Shown: positions 23,102 to 34,045, numbered from the stretch's first letter. The stretch: 64,000 bases of DNA from Candidatus Oxydemutator sp. (GCA_965203445.1 OZ241883.1:2240001-2304000); one strand, 5' to 3'. Notes: generated from the letters alone by a model not told the origin. Translations and numbers: made by a program.

Positions 23102-23848
23102 CTAGGCCTCGACGCCGCCGAAGCGCCGTTCGCGCCGTGCGAACCAAGCCAGCGCCTTGTCGTATTCAGCACGGTCGAACGCGGGCCACGGCACCGGCGT
23201 GAAATACAGCTCGGCGTAGGCGCACTGCCACAACAGGAAGTTGCTGAGGCGTGATTCGCCGCCGGTGCGGATCAGCAAGTCCACGTCGCCGGCGCCCGAG
23301 TCGTCGAGATGGCGGGTAATGAAAGCCTGTATCGCATCGTTGTCGGGAAGGTCGCGCGCGGCCGCGCGCTCCCGGCGCGGCCCGTCGCACAGCAGGCGCG
23401 CGACCGCGTCGGCGACGTGCCAGCGCCCGCCGTAGTTGGCGGCGACGTTCAGGCGTAGGCGGCGCAGAGCGGCGGTGCGCCGTTCGGCGTGGCGGATCTC
23501 CCTTTGCAGCACCGGGCCGAAGGCCGAGACGTCGCCGATGAAGGAGACGCGCACGCCGTTGCCGGCCAGCTCCTCGATCTCGTCGCGCAACGCGCGCACG
23601 AACAAATCCATCAGGCCGCGCACCTCGCGGCGCGGGCGCCGCCAGTTCTCGCTGCTGAACGTGAACAGCGTCAGCGCCGCGATGCCGTACTCGACGCTGG
23701 TCTCGATGACCATGCGCACGCTGTCCAGGCCCTTGCGGTGGCCGTGGCCGCGCTCCTTGTGGCGCGCCTCGGCCCAGCGGCCGTTTCCGTCCATGATGAT
23801 GGCCACGTGCCGCGGCCGCCTCTGCTCCATCGCGTCGCTCGAACTCAA
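23102..23848 (-). CDS. uppS: Undecaprenyl diphosphate synthase
   Basis: HVAIIMDGNGRWA, FSSENW, IRTGGESRLSNFLLWQ. Confidence 0.97.
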   Translation of the reverse strand: MSSSDAMEQRRPRHVAIIMDGNGRWAEARHKERGHGHRKGLDSVRMVIETSVEYGIAALTLFTFSSENWRRPRREVRGLMDLFVRALRDEIEELAGNGVRVSFIGDVSAFGPVLQREIRHAERRTAALRRLRLNVAANYGGRWHVADAVARLLCDGPRRERAAARDLPDNDAIQAFITRHLDDSGAGDVDLLIRTGGESRLSNFLLWQCAYAELYFTPVPWPAFDRAEYDKALAWFARRERRFGGVEA

Positions 23849-23869
23849 AACCGCGGGCGCCGGGCGCGC

Positions 23870-24427
23870 TCACATCTCCGTCAGTTCTTTCTCTTTCTCG
23901 GCGAGCATGCGGTCTATCGAAGCGACGTGCTCGGCGGTCACCTTGTCGATCGCGGCGTGCGCCGTTTTCTCGTCGTCCTTGCCGAGTTCCTTCTCCTTCA
24001 GCGCCTCCTTGATCTTGTGATTGGCGTCGCGGCGCACGTTGCGCACCGCCACCCGCGCCGCCTCGCCCTCGCGCCGCACCAGCCTGACCAGCTCCTTGCG
24101 CCGTTCGCCGGTCAGCGACGGCATCGTCACGCGCACGACGCTGCCGTGCACCGCCGGGTTCAGCCCCAGGTCCGATTCGGCTATGGCCTTCTCGACCTGC
24201 TTGACCAGGGCCTTTTCCCAGACGTGCACCGCCAGCGTCCTGGCCTCCTCGACGGTGACGTTGGCGACTTGGTTCAGCGGCGTCTCGTTGCCGTAGTACT
24301 CGACCGACACGTGGTCAAGCAGGCTCGCGTGCGCGCGCCCGGTGCGGACTTTCGCCAACTCCGAGCGCAGCGACGCCGTGCTCTTTTTCATGCGCTCGCC
24401 GGTGGCGCGCGCAAGTTCGTCAATCAT
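23870..24427 (-). CDS. frr: Ribosome recycling factor
   Basis: [27 protein letters not shown]. Confidence 0.97.
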   Translation of the reverse strand: MIDELARATGERMKKSTASLRSELAKVRTGRAHASLLDHVSVEYYGNETPLNQVANVTVEEARTLAVHVWEKALVKQVEKAIAESDLGLNPAVHGSVVRVTMPSLTGERRKELVRLVRREGEAARVAVRNVRRDANHKIKEALKEKELGKDDEKTAHAAIDKVTAEHVASIDRMLAEKEKELTEM

Positions 24428-25154
24428 CGTTCTCCCCCCGCTCCGACACCAGCGTGCCGACGTCGCGGCCGGCGACGGCGCGCGCAAGCGCGCCCGCCTC
24501 GTTCATGTTGAAAACCCGGATCGGTATGCGGTTGTCGCGGCACAGCACGATGGCGGTGGCGTCCATGAAATCGAGGCGGTCGCGCAATACCCGGTCGTAG
24601 CTCAGGCGCCGGTAGCATTTGGCGCGCGGGTTGTTCGCGGGGTCGGCGTCATAGACGCCGTCCACCTTGGTGGCCTTCAGCAGCAGCTCGGCGCCGATCT
24701 CGACGGCGCGCAGGCTCGCCGCCGAGTCGGTCGTAAAGAACGGGTTGCCGGTGCCGGCGGTGAACACGACGACGCGCCCCTTTTCGAGGTGGCGCACCGC
24801 GCGGCGGCGGATGTAGCCTTCGCACACCGCCTTGACCTCGAGCGCGGACATCACGCGCGTATGCAGGTGTTCGCGTTCCAGCGCCTGCTGCAACGCCAGC
24901 GCGTTGACGATGGTGGCGAGCATGCCCATGTGGTCGGCGGTCACGCGATCCACGCCGGTGGCGGCGAAATCGTCGCCGCGCACGATGTTGCCGCCGCCGA
25001 TGACGAGCGAGACCTGAACGCCGGTGTCCTTGAGCGCCTTGATTTCGCCGACCAGGCGTTCGACCGCGCCGATGTCTATACCGCGCGTGCCGCCCGGGGA
25101 CAGCGCCTCGCCGCTCAGTTTCAGGAGGATGCGCGAAGCCGCCACCGGCGTCAA
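24420..25154 (-). CDS. pyrH: UMP kinase
   Basis: [32 protein letters not shown]. Confidence 0.97.
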   Translation of the reverse strand: MTPVAASRILLKLSGEALSPGGTRGIDIGAVERLVGEIKALKDTGVQVSLVIGGGNIVRGDDFAATGVDRVTADHMGMLATIVNALALQQALEREHLHTRVMSALEVKAVCEGYIRRRAVRHLEKGRVVVFTAGTGNPFFTTDSAASLRAVEIGAELLLKATKVDGVYDADPANNPRAKCYRRLSYDRVLRDRLDFMDATAIVLCRDNRIPIRVFNMNEAGALARAVAGRDVGTLVSERGENDD

Positions 25155-26023
25155 CCGCCCCGGGCTTGCGCCATGACCTCTGCGGCGAAGTCCTCCTTTT
25201 TCCTTTCGATGCCCTCGCCGACTTCGTAGCGGTGAAACGCGAGCACCGCGGCCGAGTGCCCGGCGAGCAGCGCGCCGACCGTGTGCTCGCCGTCCTTGAC
25301 GAACGGCTGTTCGAGCAGCGCGATCTCGCGTATATATTTGTCGAGGCGCCCCTCGACCATCCTGGCGACGATGTCGGCGGGCTTGCCGCTGTCCTCGGCC
25401 TGCGCCGTCAGGATTTTGCGTTCGCGCGCGAGCAATTCGGCGGGTGCGTCGTCCCTCGTCAGACACAGCGGGCGGGTCGCGGCGACGTGCATTGCGAGGT
25501 CGCGCGCAAGTTCGTCGTCGCCGCCGGCGACGTCTACGAGGACGCCGATGCGCGAACCGTGGCGGTAGGCGCCGCAGCACGAACCCGCGGGTTGCAGCCG
25601 CAGAAAACGCCGCACCTGAACGTTCTCGCCGATCTTCGAGATCAGTTCCAGGCGTGCGGCTTCGACGTCGCCACCGCCGACGTCGAGTTGTGCCAACGCC
25701 ACGGCGTCGCGCGGCGCGTGCTCGAGTATCGCGCGTGCGACCCTGGCGCAAAAGTCGTTGAATTGCGCGTCCTTGGCGACGAAGTCGGTCTCGCAGTTGA
25801 CTTCGAGCAGCACGAACGCATCGGCGGCCCGCTCGAGCACGACCACGCCCTCGGCCGCGGTGCGCGCGCCGCGACCGTCGGCCTTTGCCTGCCCCGACTT
25901 GCGCAACAGCTCGACGGCGCGTTCCACGTCGCCGCGCGCCTCGACCAGCGATTTCTTGCACTCCATCATGCCGACCCCGGTCCTGTCGCGCAGGGCCTTG
26001 ACCATGGCTGCCGTGACTTGCAT
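25151..26023 (-). CDS. tsf: Elongation factor Ts
   Basis: [31 protein letters not shown]. Confidence 0.97.
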   Translation of the reverse strand: MQVTAAMVKALRDRTGVGMMECKKSLVEARGDVERAVELLRKSGQAKADGRGARTAAEGVVVLERAADAFVLLEVNCETDFVAKDAQFNDFCARVARAILEHAPRDAVALAQLDVGGGDVEAARLELISKIGENVQVRRFLRLQPAGSCCGAYRHGSRIGVLVDVAGGDDELARDLAMHVAATRPLCLTRDDAPAELLARERKILTAQAEDSGKPADIVARMVEGRLDKYIREIALLEQPFVKDGEHTVGALLAGHSAAVLAFHRYEVGEGIERKKEDFAAEVMAQARGG

Positions 26024-26055
26024 TGCTTGGCGGGCGGGCGGCGGCCAGGAACCGC

Positions 26056-26796
26056 TCAGGCGGTCTCGGCGGCGACCTCGACGTAGGCGCCCTCGTCCGA
26101 CGGAAGGTCCTTCGCCTCGGCGATGCTCTCGATGATGGTGTCCGCGACCAGCGTCGCGTACAGCTGCACTGAGCGGAGCGCGTCGTCGTTGCCGGGAATC
26201 ACGTAATCCACGTTGTCGAGCGAACCGTTGGTATCCACGATCGCGACTATCGGAATCTCCAGCTTCGCGGCTTCCTTGACCGCGATGTTCTCGCGGCCCA
26301 CGTCGACGATGAACAACGCGTCCGGCGGGCGCTCGAGGTCGCGTATGCCCTCGAAACTGCGACTCAGCTTTTGCAACCTGCGGCGCATGCGCTGCGCTTC
26401 CTTCTTGCGCATCGTCTCGAGCTTGCCGTTCTCGACCATGTCCTTCAGCTCGCCGTAGCGAACGATGGACCTGCGCACCGTCTTGAAGTTGGTCAGCGCG
26501 CCGCCCAGCCAGTGGTGGTGCACGTACGGCATGCCGCAACGCTCGGCGTTCTCGCGGATCGCGCGCGACGCGGTTCTTTTGGTGCCGACGAACAACACGC
26601 GCCCGCCGCTCGCCGCCAGCGACGACAGAAAATTCAGCGCCTCTTTCAGCAGCGGCAGGGTTTTGTCTAAATCAATGATATGGACGCCGTTGTGCTCCCC
26701 GTAGATGTAGGGAGCCAGCTTCGGGTTCCAGAACCGCGACCGGTGTCCGAAATGCGCGCCCGCCTCGAACAGTTGCCGGACGGTTACTTCAGTCAT
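26056..26796 (-). CDS. rpsB: 30S ribosomal protein S2
   Basis: AGAHFGH, WNPK, FVGTK, WLGG.LTN, IPGNDDA. Confidence 0.98.
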   Translation of the reverse strand: MTEVTVRQLFEAGAHFGHRSRFWNPKLAPYIYGEHNGVHIIDLDKTLPLLKEALNFLSSLAASGGRVLFVGTKRTASRAIRENAERCGMPYVHHHWLGGALTNFKTVRRSIVRYGELKDMVENGKLETMRKKEAQRMRRRLQKLSRSFEGIRDLERPPDALFIVDVGRENIAVKEAAKLEIPIVAIVDTNGSLDNVDYVIPGNDDALRSVQLYATLVADTIIESIAEAKDLPSDEGAYVEVAAETA

Positions 26797-26833
26797 ATCG
26801 GGTATCCATCCCCATAGTATAGCATGTGGGCCT

Positions 26834-26922
26834 TCGGGAACGCTCATAGGGGCGTTCCCTTGCTTTTTGGGGACCCCGGGGTGGTGTTCCCTTGCTTTTT
26901 GGAGACGCCCGGGGCGTTCCTT
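26834..26922. repeat. About three degenerate copies of the ~33-bp palindromic repeat also found at 58157-58300
   Basis: TCGGGAACGCTCATAGGGGCGTTCCCTTGC...; GTTCCCTTGCTTTTT recurs at 26854 and 26886. Confidence 0.75.
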
Positions 26923-27102
26923 CTCGATGGCTTGGCACGATGATATTCCCCGAACTCCGGTGCGGGCGCTCGGCGTTGTAGCGTTTGGGTCGTCCGTGGC
27001 CACGTGCTATAATTCACTGAAGACTCCGTCGAGTATCTTTCCGGCCTTATACATGCGCTATCCCGCCGGTATGGACACTGGCGCGACACCTCGTCCCGGA
27101 CA

Positions 27103-27867
27103 ATGGCCGGCGTTAAATCACCCGAAGAAATAGAGAAGATGCGCGTCGCCGGGCGCCTGGCCGCGCGCGTGCTCGAGATGCTCGGCGCGCACGTCGCGCC
27201 GGGCGTCACCACCGACGCCGTCAACGACGTCTGTCACGAATACATCGTCGGCAAGCTCGGCTGCACGCCGGCACCGCTGCACTACAAGGGTTTCCCGAAA
27301 TCCGTCTGCACCTCGGTCAACCACCAGGTCTGCCACGGCATCCCGGGGCCGCGACGGCTGAAGAACGGCGACGTCCTGAACGTGGACGTCACCGTCATCA
27401 AAGACGGCTACCACGGCGACACCAGCCGCATGTTCCTCGTCGGCAAGCCGGGAGTACAGGCGCGGCGCCTGGTCGAGACGGCCTACGAGGCGTTGTGCCG
27501 CGGCATCGAGGCGGCGCGGCCCGGCAACCGCTTAGGCGACGTCGGCCACGCGATCCAGCAGTGGGCCGAGAGCCGCCACTACAGCGTCGTGCGCGAGTAC
27601 TGCGGCCACGGCATCGGCGTCGAGTTTCACGAAGAACCGCAGGTGTTGCATTACGGCGAACCCGGCACCGGCCTCGCGCTGGAGCCGGGCATGACCTTCA
27701 CCATCGAACCGATGATCAACGCCGGCGGGCGCCACGTGCGCCTGCTGCCCGACGGCTGGACCGTGGTTACCCGCGACCATTCGCTGTCGGCACAATGGGA
27801 ACACACCATTTTGATTACCGAATCCGGAAACGAGGTGCTGACGCGGCGTTCGGAGGAAACGCTGTAG
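27103..27867 (+). CDS. map: Methionine aminopeptidase
   Basis: CTSVN..VCHGIP, YHGDTSRM, GHGIG, FTIEPM, SAQWEHT. Confidence 0.98.
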   Translation: MAGVKSPEEIEKMRVAGRLAARVLEMLGAHVAPGVTTDAVNDVCHEYIVGKLGCTPAPLHYKGFPKSVCTSVNHQVCHGIPGPRRLKNGDVLNVDVTVIKDGYHGDTSRMFLVGKPGVQARRLVETAYEALCRGIEAARPGNRLGDVGHAIQQWAESRHYSVVREYCGHGIGVEFHEEPQVLHYGEPGTGLALEPGMTFTIEPMINAGGRHVRLLPDGWTVVTRDHSLSAQWEHTILITESGNEVLTRRSEETL

Positions 27868-28126
27868 CGGCGGCACACCGGCGTACTCCGTTCGTCAGAT
27901 TTATTTCGCTGCCATGCTCTGCACTTAACGATTTTCTATTGCAAAACAAGCCTTTCGGGGCTGGTTTTTCCCTCGCGCCACACTATAATCCTTGCATGTC
28001 TCTCTACTCCGTCATTCGTCGGCCAAATCCCACCTCTCGTCGGCGCGCGGCGACGGCGACCGGTATCGGCCCTTATAAACACCGAAACCGGTTTGTCCAT
28101 CAATAACAACGCAACGGGAGGATTCC

Positions 28127-29005
28127 ATGGGCGAAGAAAAAAAGGGGGAAGTGCGCGAACCAGCCGTGCAGGAGGCAATCGAATGGAGCGCGCCAGTCGC
28201 GCAAGGCGAGTTCAGAGAGGCGATGGCCGAGATCCGCGGCAAATTTGTCGAGATACGTGCCGAGCGCAAGGAGGACATCAACGATCTACGTCTCGAGATC
28301 ATGGAAGACTTCAACGCCTTGCGCATCGAAGTCAAAGAAGACATCCAGGCTCTGCAAATCGAAATCGAACGGGACATCGAAGTCCTGCGCGATGAAACCA
28401 GACAGGAAATCCAGGTTCTGCGCGATGAAACCAGACAGGAAATCCAGGTTCTGCGTGATGAAACCAAACAGGAAATCCAGGCCCTGCGGATCGAAGTCAA
28501 GGAAGGCATCCAGGCCCTGCGAATCGAAATCAAACGGGACCTCGAAGTCCTGCGCGATGACACCAAACAGGAAATCCAGGCTCTGCGCATCGAAGTCAAG
28601 GAAGACATCCAGGCCCTGCGAATCGAAATCAAACGGGACCTCGAAGTCCTGCGTGATGAGACCAAGCAGGAAATCCAGGCTCTGCGCATTGAGATCAAAG
28701 CAGACGTTGCCCGACTCGCATGCGAAATCGACAACCTGAGAGATGAAGTCGTCACCCTGCGCAATGAAATGGGAAGAGAGATCGCCACCCTGCACATTCA
28801 AATGAGAGCAGGCATCGCCACCCTGGGCAATGACACGAGAGGGGGCTTCACCATCCTGCGCGGTGAGATGGAAGGACACGTCGCTACTCTGCAAAGCGAG
28901 TTCAGAGAGGCTATCACCAGATCACAAAACACCATCATCCTGTCTTTTATCAGCATCGCCGCGCTCCTGGCCGGGATCGTATTCGGCATGGTGCGCTATC
29001 TGTGA
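28127..29005 (+). CDS. Coiled-coil protein with 11-aa tandem repeats and a C-terminal TM anchor (apolipoprotein/CCDC90-like)
   Basis: [11 protein letters not shown] / [11 protein letters not shown] repeats (33-bp period); hydrophobic tail [23 protein letters not shown]; GGAGG RBS. Confidence 0.75.
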   Translation: MGEEKKGEVREPAVQEAIEWSAPVAQGEFREAMAEIRGKFVEIRAERKEDINDLRLEIMEDFNALRIEVKEDIQALQIEIERDIEVLRDETRQEIQVLRDETRQEIQVLRDETKQEIQALRIEVKEGIQALRIEIKRDLEVLRDDTKQEIQALRIEVKEDIQALRIEIKRDLEVLRDETKQEIQALRIEIKADVARLACEIDNLRDEVVTLRNEMGREIATLHIQMRAGIATLGNDTRGGFTILRGEMEGHVATLQSEFREAITRSQNTIILSFISIAALLAGIVFGMVRYL

Positions 29006-29069
29006 CGGAAAATCCGCCGCGCGCCGCGGGCGCTCCCGTCGCCGGCGGCGTCGAAGTTATAATCCCCCG

Positions 29070-29918
29070 ATGGATACCCCCATGGATAACTTGATAGAGA
29101 CCATCGAACGCGCGTTCGAGGAGCGCGATACGATCACGCCGGCGGACGCGCCGCCCGAAGTGACGGCGGCGGTCGAGCGCTGCCTGGCGGGGCTTGACGA
29201 CGGCAGTCTGCGCGTCGCCGAGAACAGCGACGGCACATGGCGCGTTCACGAGTGGCTGAAGAAGGCGGTGCTGCTGTCGTTCCGGCTGTTCGACAACCGC
29301 GTCACCGACGCCGGCTACACGCGCTTCTACGACAAAGTGCGCCTCAAATACGCGCACCACGACGAGGCCGCGCTGAAGGCAAGCGGCGTGCGCGTCGTGC
29401 CGGCGGCAATCGCGCGCTACGGTTCCTACCAGGCGCCGGGGGTCGTGATGATGCCCTGCTACGTCAACGTCGGCGCCTACGTCGGGCGCGGGACGATGGT
29501 GGACACGTGGGCGACGGTCGGATCGTGCGCCCAGATCGGCGCCAACGTCCACCTGTCCGGCGGCGTCGGCATCGGCGGCGTGCTCGAACCGTTGCAGGCG
29601 GCGCCGACCATCATCGAGGACGACTGCTTCATCGGCGCGCGTTCCGAAATCGTCGAGGGCGTCATCGTCGAGCGCGGCGCGGTCGTCTCGATGGGCGTCT
29701 ATATCGGGCGCAGCACGCGCATCTACAACCGCATGACCGGCGAAATCGGCTACGGGCGGATACCGGCGGGCGCGGTCGTCGTGCCCGGCAATCTGCCGGC
29801 GGCGGACGGCAGCCACAGTCTGTACTGCGCCGTCATCGTCAAGCAGGTGGACGAGAAGACGCGCGGCAAGGTCGCGCTCAACCAGCTGTTGCGCGATCCT
29901 GGGGAATTATATATCTGA
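29070..29918 (+). CDS. dapD: Tetrahydrodipicolinate N-succinyltransferase; last residues come from the inserted element
   Basis: [40 protein letters not shown]. Confidence 0.97.
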   Translation: MDTPMDNLIETIERAFEERDTITPADAPPEVTAAVERCLAGLDDGSLRVAENSDGTWRVHEWLKKAVLLSFRLFDNRVTDAGYTRFYDKVRLKYAHHDEAALKASGVRVVPAAIARYGSYQAPGVVMMPCYVNVGAYVGRGTMVDTWATVGSCAQIGANVHLSGGVGIGGVLEPLQAAPTIIEDDCFIGARSEIVEGVIVERGAVVSMGVYIGRSTRIYNRMTGEIGYGRIPAGAVVVPGNLPAADGSHSLYCAVIVKQVDEKTRGKVALNQLLRDPGELYI

Positions 29919-31188
29919 CACCACCAAACGATATTGAATGAAGACGCACCGAACAATCAGATACCGACTGCATCCACGTACACGGGCCAAGGCGCACAAG
30001 TTGGCAGGCACCGCCGGTGCGTGCCGTTATGTATGGAATCATTTTGTGGGGAAGTTGAGGGACGAGTATCGTTACTATGGCAAGAGTAATTTGGAGTTGG
30101 GTATCGTGGATTACAGGTTTTATTCCATGGGCAAGTTGTTCACTGTATTGCGCAGGTATTCCGTGCCCTGGTTGCAGGGGTATTCGATGCCGATAGTGCG
30201 CGGGGCGCTGAAACCGATAGAGACCGCATACAGGCAATTTTTCAAGGAGGAAGGCGGCCTGCCAAAATTTCACGCCAAGTATGTGCGTCCCGATAGTTTC
30301 CCGTTAGTGGCAGGGACGTTCCGTCTGACAGGCTGTTATCTGCATATCGCCAGGGTAGGTGAGGTGCTGTTGTCGGGACACAACCCGTATCCTGATGCCA
30401 AACCTGTATCGGGTACTGTAAAGAAGGAATGTGGGAAGTGGTACGCCTATATCGTATATGGGGTTGGACAGGCAGAGGCGCCAAGGTCGGACAAGTCCGT
30501 GGGTATAGATAGGAATGTAGGCCAGGTTACATGTTCCGATGGTATTGTGTACCGTATGCCGGACGCGTCGAAGCATGAACGGCGTGTCAAGCGTTATCAG
30601 AGAATGATGGCCAGGCGGCAGGGGCCGAACCGCAAGAAGGGGATCAAGGCGTCGAATAGATGGCTGCGTGCACAGTTGCTGCATCAAAAGGCGCAAGCCA
30701 CGTTGCGCCACGTCAGACAAAATTGGTGCCACGGCGTATCAAGACGTGTTGCCGTCAGATACTCTCACGTGCACCTGGAGAAATTGAGCAATCGGGACAT
30801 GACGGGAAGCGCCAAGGGCACGAAGGAGAAGCCTGGGACGGATGTCCGCGCGAAAGCGGGGTTGAACCGCGTGATACTTGCTTCCTGCTGGGGCAAGTTT
30901 CATCAATGCCTGGACTACAAAACGAATACGAACTACGTGAACCCCGCGTACACGAGCCAGACGTGCAACAAGTGCGAGAACGTGGACAAGAACAACAGAA
31001 AGACGCAGGCGGTATTCGAGCGTACCGTTTGCGGTCATCGGGATAATGCGGATGTGAATGCCACGCTGAACATATTGGCCCTCGGGAATAGGGCTGCTGG
31101 ACGTGGTAAAGCCGGAGGGGAGACTCATCCGGTGGAACGTCAAATGGATACACGGCATCGCTCGGTGGCGTCATGTATATAATTCCCC
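29901..31188 (+). mobile_element. Non-autonomous tnpB-only element with 32-bp imperfect terminal inverted repeats
   Basis: GGGGAATTATATATCTGACACCACCAAACGAT (29901-29932) versus the reverse complement of 31157-31188, 27/32 identical; removal restores dapD ...RDPGLD* overlapping the dapE TTG. Confidence 0.8.
29938..31182 (+). CDS. tnpB: RNA-guided endonuclease TnpB
   Basis: RYRLHP..AGACRYVWN, RuvC-I GIDRN, RuvC-II LEKL, PAYTSQTCNKC, RuvC-III NADVNA; second Zn motif reads RTVC instead of CxxC. Confidence 0.93.
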   Translation: MKTHRTIRYRLHPRTRAKAHKLAGTAGACRYVWNHFVGKLRDEYRYYGKSNLELGIVDYRFYSMGKLFTVLRRYSVPWLQGYSMPIVRGALKPIETAYRQFFKEEGGLPKFHAKYVRPDSFPLVAGTFRLTGCYLHIARVGEVLLSGHNPYPDAKPVSGTVKKECGKWYAYIVYGVGQAEAPRSDKSVGIDRNVGQVTCSDGIVYRMPDASKHERRVKRYQRMMARRQGPNRKKGIKASNRWLRAQLLHQKAQATLRHVRQNWCHGVSRRVAVRYSHVHLEKLSNRDMTGSAKGTKEKPGTDVRAKAGLNRVILASCWGKFHQCLDYKTNTNYVNPAYTSQTCNKCENVDKNNRKTQAVFERTVCGHRDNADVNATLNILALGNRAAGRGKAGGETHPVERQMDTRHRSVASCI

Positions 31189-31192
31189 GGTC

Positions 31193-32347
31193 TTGACTGA
31201 CGACGCCCTGCGGCTTGCGAAGGAACTGATTCGACGTCCGTCGGTGACGCCCGACGACGCCGGTTGTCAGCGACTGATCGCCGACTATCTGGCCGATTGC
31301 GGTTTCGCGCGCGAGGCGCTCGACTGCGGCGACGTCGCCAACTCGTGGCTGCGGCGCGGCGACGAACCGCCGCTGCTGACGTTCGCCGGCCACACCGACG
31401 TCGTGCCTCCGGGCGACGCCGCGCGCTGGAAGCATCCGCCGTTTCAACCGACCGAGGACGGCGGCCTGCTCTACGGACGCGGCAGCGCCGACATGAAAGG
31501 CGGCCTCGCGGCCATGGTTTGCGCGTGCCGGCGCTTCGTCGCCGAACACCCGAACCACCGCGGCTCGATTGCGCTGCTGCTTACGAGCGACGAAGAGGGC
31601 GCCGGCCGCGACGGCACGCGCCACGTGATCGAGACGCTGATGCAGCGCGGCGAGGAGATCACGTGGTGCGTCGTCGGCGAACCATCGAGCGAGGAGCATC
31701 TCGGCGACGTCATCAAACACGGGCGTCGCGGATCGCTGTCGGCGACGCTGACGGTGCGGGGCAAGCAAGGGCACGTCGCCTACCCGCATCTTGCGCGCAA
31801 CCCGGTGCATCTCGCGGCACCGCTGCTTATGAAACTGTGCGCCCAAAAGTGGGACGACGGCGACGAAAACTTCCCGCCGACCGGCTTTCAAATATCGGCG
31901 GTGCGCGCCGGCACCGGCGCCGACAACGTGATCCCGGGCGAACTCGAAGTGGACTTCAACTTCCGCTTCTCGCCGCGCACCGGCGAGGACGAGTTGCGGC
32001 GGCGCGTTACTTCGATGCTCGAAGCCGAGGGCCTCGACTACGCCATCGAGTGGCGGCTCTCGGGGCAACCGTTCCTGACGCCGGCGGCGCCCGGGCCGGA
32101 CGGCGCGACGAGCCTGCTTGCGGCGGCGCGCGCCGCGGTGCGCGAGGTGGCCGGACGCGAACCGCGCCTGTCCACCGGCGGCGGCACGTCGGACGCGCGC
32201 TTCATCGCGCCGCACGGTATCCAGACGATAGAGCTCGGCGTCGTCAACGCGAGTATCCACCAGACCGACGAGCACGTGCGCGTCGGCGATCTCGAACTGC
32301 TGACGGAAATCTACCTGCGCCTGACCGCCAAGCTACTGCTTCATTGA
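31193..32347 (+). CDS. dapE: Succinyl-diaminopimelate desuccinylase
   Basis: FAGHTDVVP, GRGSADMKG, TSDEEG, GEPS, GGGTSDARF. Confidence 0.96.
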   Translation: MTDDALRLAKELIRRPSVTPDDAGCQRLIADYLADCGFAREALDCGDVANSWLRRGDEPPLLTFAGHTDVVPPGDAARWKHPPFQPTEDGGLLYGRGSADMKGGLAAMVCACRRFVAEHPNHRGSIALLLTSDEEGAGRDGTRHVIETLMQRGEEITWCVVGEPSSEEHLGDVIKHGRRGSLSATLTVRGKQGHVAYPHLARNPVHLAAPLLMKLCAQKWDDGDENFPPTGFQISAVRAGTGADNVIPGELEVDFNFRFSPRTGEDELRRRVTSMLEAEGLDYAIEWRLSGQPFLTPAAPGPDGATSLLAAARAAVREVAGREPRLSTGGGTSDARFIAPHGIQTIELGVVNASIHQTDEHVRVGDLELLTEIYLRLTAKLLLH

Positions 32348-33100
32348 GGCGGCGAACTCGCACAGATGCTCCTTGCCCGAGGCCTCGAGCACGGCGCGCA
32401 AGCCGGCGACGTGCCGCGCGCAGGCGTCGGCGGAAAGGTGCCCGCGCATCCGCTGGAAGCGCAGATAAACCAGATAGGTGTTGAGCACGTCGGTCTCGCA
32501 GTAGTCGCGTATGCGCTGGAGTTCGCCGGCGCGGAACAAGTCCGCCACCTGAGCGCCGTCGACCCCCTGCTTGCCGGGTGCGCCGATCAATCTGGCGACG
32601 CCGTCGAGCGGCGCCACCGCGTGGAAGTCGTACAACGACAGCACGTCCATCAGATCGAGGTGGCGCGCGTGATAGCGATTCAGATAGTTGTTGTAGCGAA
32701 ACTCGCGGTCGTCCTCGCCGGTATCCCAATAGCGCGGCGCGGCGACGCCGTGCAGCAGCGAACGGTAGTGTATGACCGGCATGTCGAAATGCGCGCCGTT
32801 CCAACTGACCAACTGCGGCGTGTATTTCTCGATGCCGTGAAAGAAACGTTCGAGCATCTCGGCCTCGCCGCCGTCGAGCGACCACAGTTGCGGCTCGTCG
32901 CCGGACGACGACAGCAGCAGCGAGACCGCGACCACGCGGTGCAGATAATGCGGCAGAAAGGTTCTGCCGTTTTTTTGGAACTGGATCTGCTCGAGCGCGC
33001 GCACCACGTCCTCGTCGGGCAGGTCGTCGCCCAGATCGAACATGCGCCGCCCGGCGTCGGCGTCGGGCACCGTCTCGATGTCGAACACCAGCACTCTCAC
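32333..33100 (-). CDS. PolB-type 3'-5' exonuclease
   Basis: VFDIETVPD, LVSWNG..FD, YCETDVLNT; GTGA overlap with cysM. Confidence 0.88.
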   Translation of the reverse strand: MRVLVFDIETVPDADAGRRMFDLGDDLPDEDVVRALEQIQFQKNGRTFLPHYLHRVVAVSLLLSSSGDEPQLWSLDGGEAEMLERFFHGIEKYTPQLVSWNGAHFDMPVIHYRSLLHGVAAPRYWDTGEDDREFRYNNYLNRYHARHLDLMDVLSLYDFHAVAPLDGVARLIGAPGKQGVDGAQVADLFRAGELQRIRDYCETDVLNTYLVYLRFQRMRGHLSADACARHVAGLRAVLEASGKEHLCEFAASMKQ

Positions 33101-33993
33101 GACGGAAACACCCCGGTCGAGATATAGCGGTCGCCGCGATCGCAGACGATCGCGACGACGGTGCGCGCGGGCGCCTCGCGCGCGACGCGCAGCGCCGCGT
33201 GCACGCAACCGCCCGACGAGACGCCGCAGAATATGCCTTCCTCGCGCGCCATGCGGCGCATCGTCCGCTCGGCGTCCTCGCGCGAGACTTCCAAAGTGCG
33301 GTGGACGCACGAGGCGTCGTATATCTTCGGCAGATACGCGGGCGGCCACGCGCGGATGCCGGGGATCTTCGAGCCTTCCGCCGGCTGCACGCCGACGATC
33401 TCCACCTCGGAATTCTTCTCCTTCAGAAAACGCGATACGCCGACGACGGTGCCGGTGGTGCCCATCGAACTGACGAAGTGCGTCAACTCGCCGTCGGTGG
33501 CGCGCCAGATCTCGGGCCCGGTGCCGTGATAGTGCGCGGCCGGGTTGTCGGGGTTTGCGAACTGGTCGAGCACGCGCCCCTTGCCGGCGGCGGCCATCTC
33601 GGCCGCCAGGTCGCGCGCGCCTTCCATGCCGGCCTGCTCCGACACCAGGACGATCTCGGCGCCGTAGGCCTTCATGCAGGCGCGCCGCTCCTCGCTCATG
33701 TTCTCCGGCATGATCAGAATCATACGATATCCCTTGATCGCGGCGGCCATCGCCAGCGCGATGCCGGTGTTGCCGCTGGTGGCCTCGATCAGTACGTCGC
33801 CGGGAGCGACGTCGCCTCTGCCCTCGGCGGCCGCGATCATCTGCAAGGCCGGGCGATCCTTGACCGAACCGGCCGGGTTGTCGCCTTCGAGCTTGACCAG
33901 CACCTCGCCGTCGGCGTCGGCGGCGATGCGCTGCAAGCGCACCAGCGGCGTATTGCCGACGCAGTCGGCTATGGTCGGGTAATCACGCATCAC
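33097..33993 (-). CDS. cysM: Cysteine synthase B
   Basis: GNTPLVRLQR, NPAGSVKDR, EATSGNTG, MGTTGT, IPGIR. Confidence 0.95.
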   Translation of the reverse strand: MMRDYPTIADCVGNTPLVRLQRIAADADGEVLVKLEGDNPAGSVKDRPALQMIAAAEGRGDVAPGDVLIEATSGNTGIALAMAAAIKGYRMILIMPENMSEERRACMKAYGAEIVLVSEQAGMEGARDLAAEMAAAGKGRVLDQFANPDNPAAHYHGTGPEIWRATDGELTHFVSSMGTTGTVVGVSRFLKEKNSEVEIVGVQPAEGSKIPGIRAWPPAYLPKIYDASCVHRTLEVSREDAERTMRRMAREEGIFCGVSSGGCVHAALRVAREAPARTVVAIVCDRGDRYISTGVFPS

Positions 33994-34045
33994 GAAGAAT
34001 TATATAGGAGAGTCGGCGGGCGCTTCAGGGCCGCCACCGAGACTC

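Noticed and set aside
23089-23113. CTAGGCCTCGAC duplicated at the uppS stop
   Set aside because: Short slippage duplication with no evident effect
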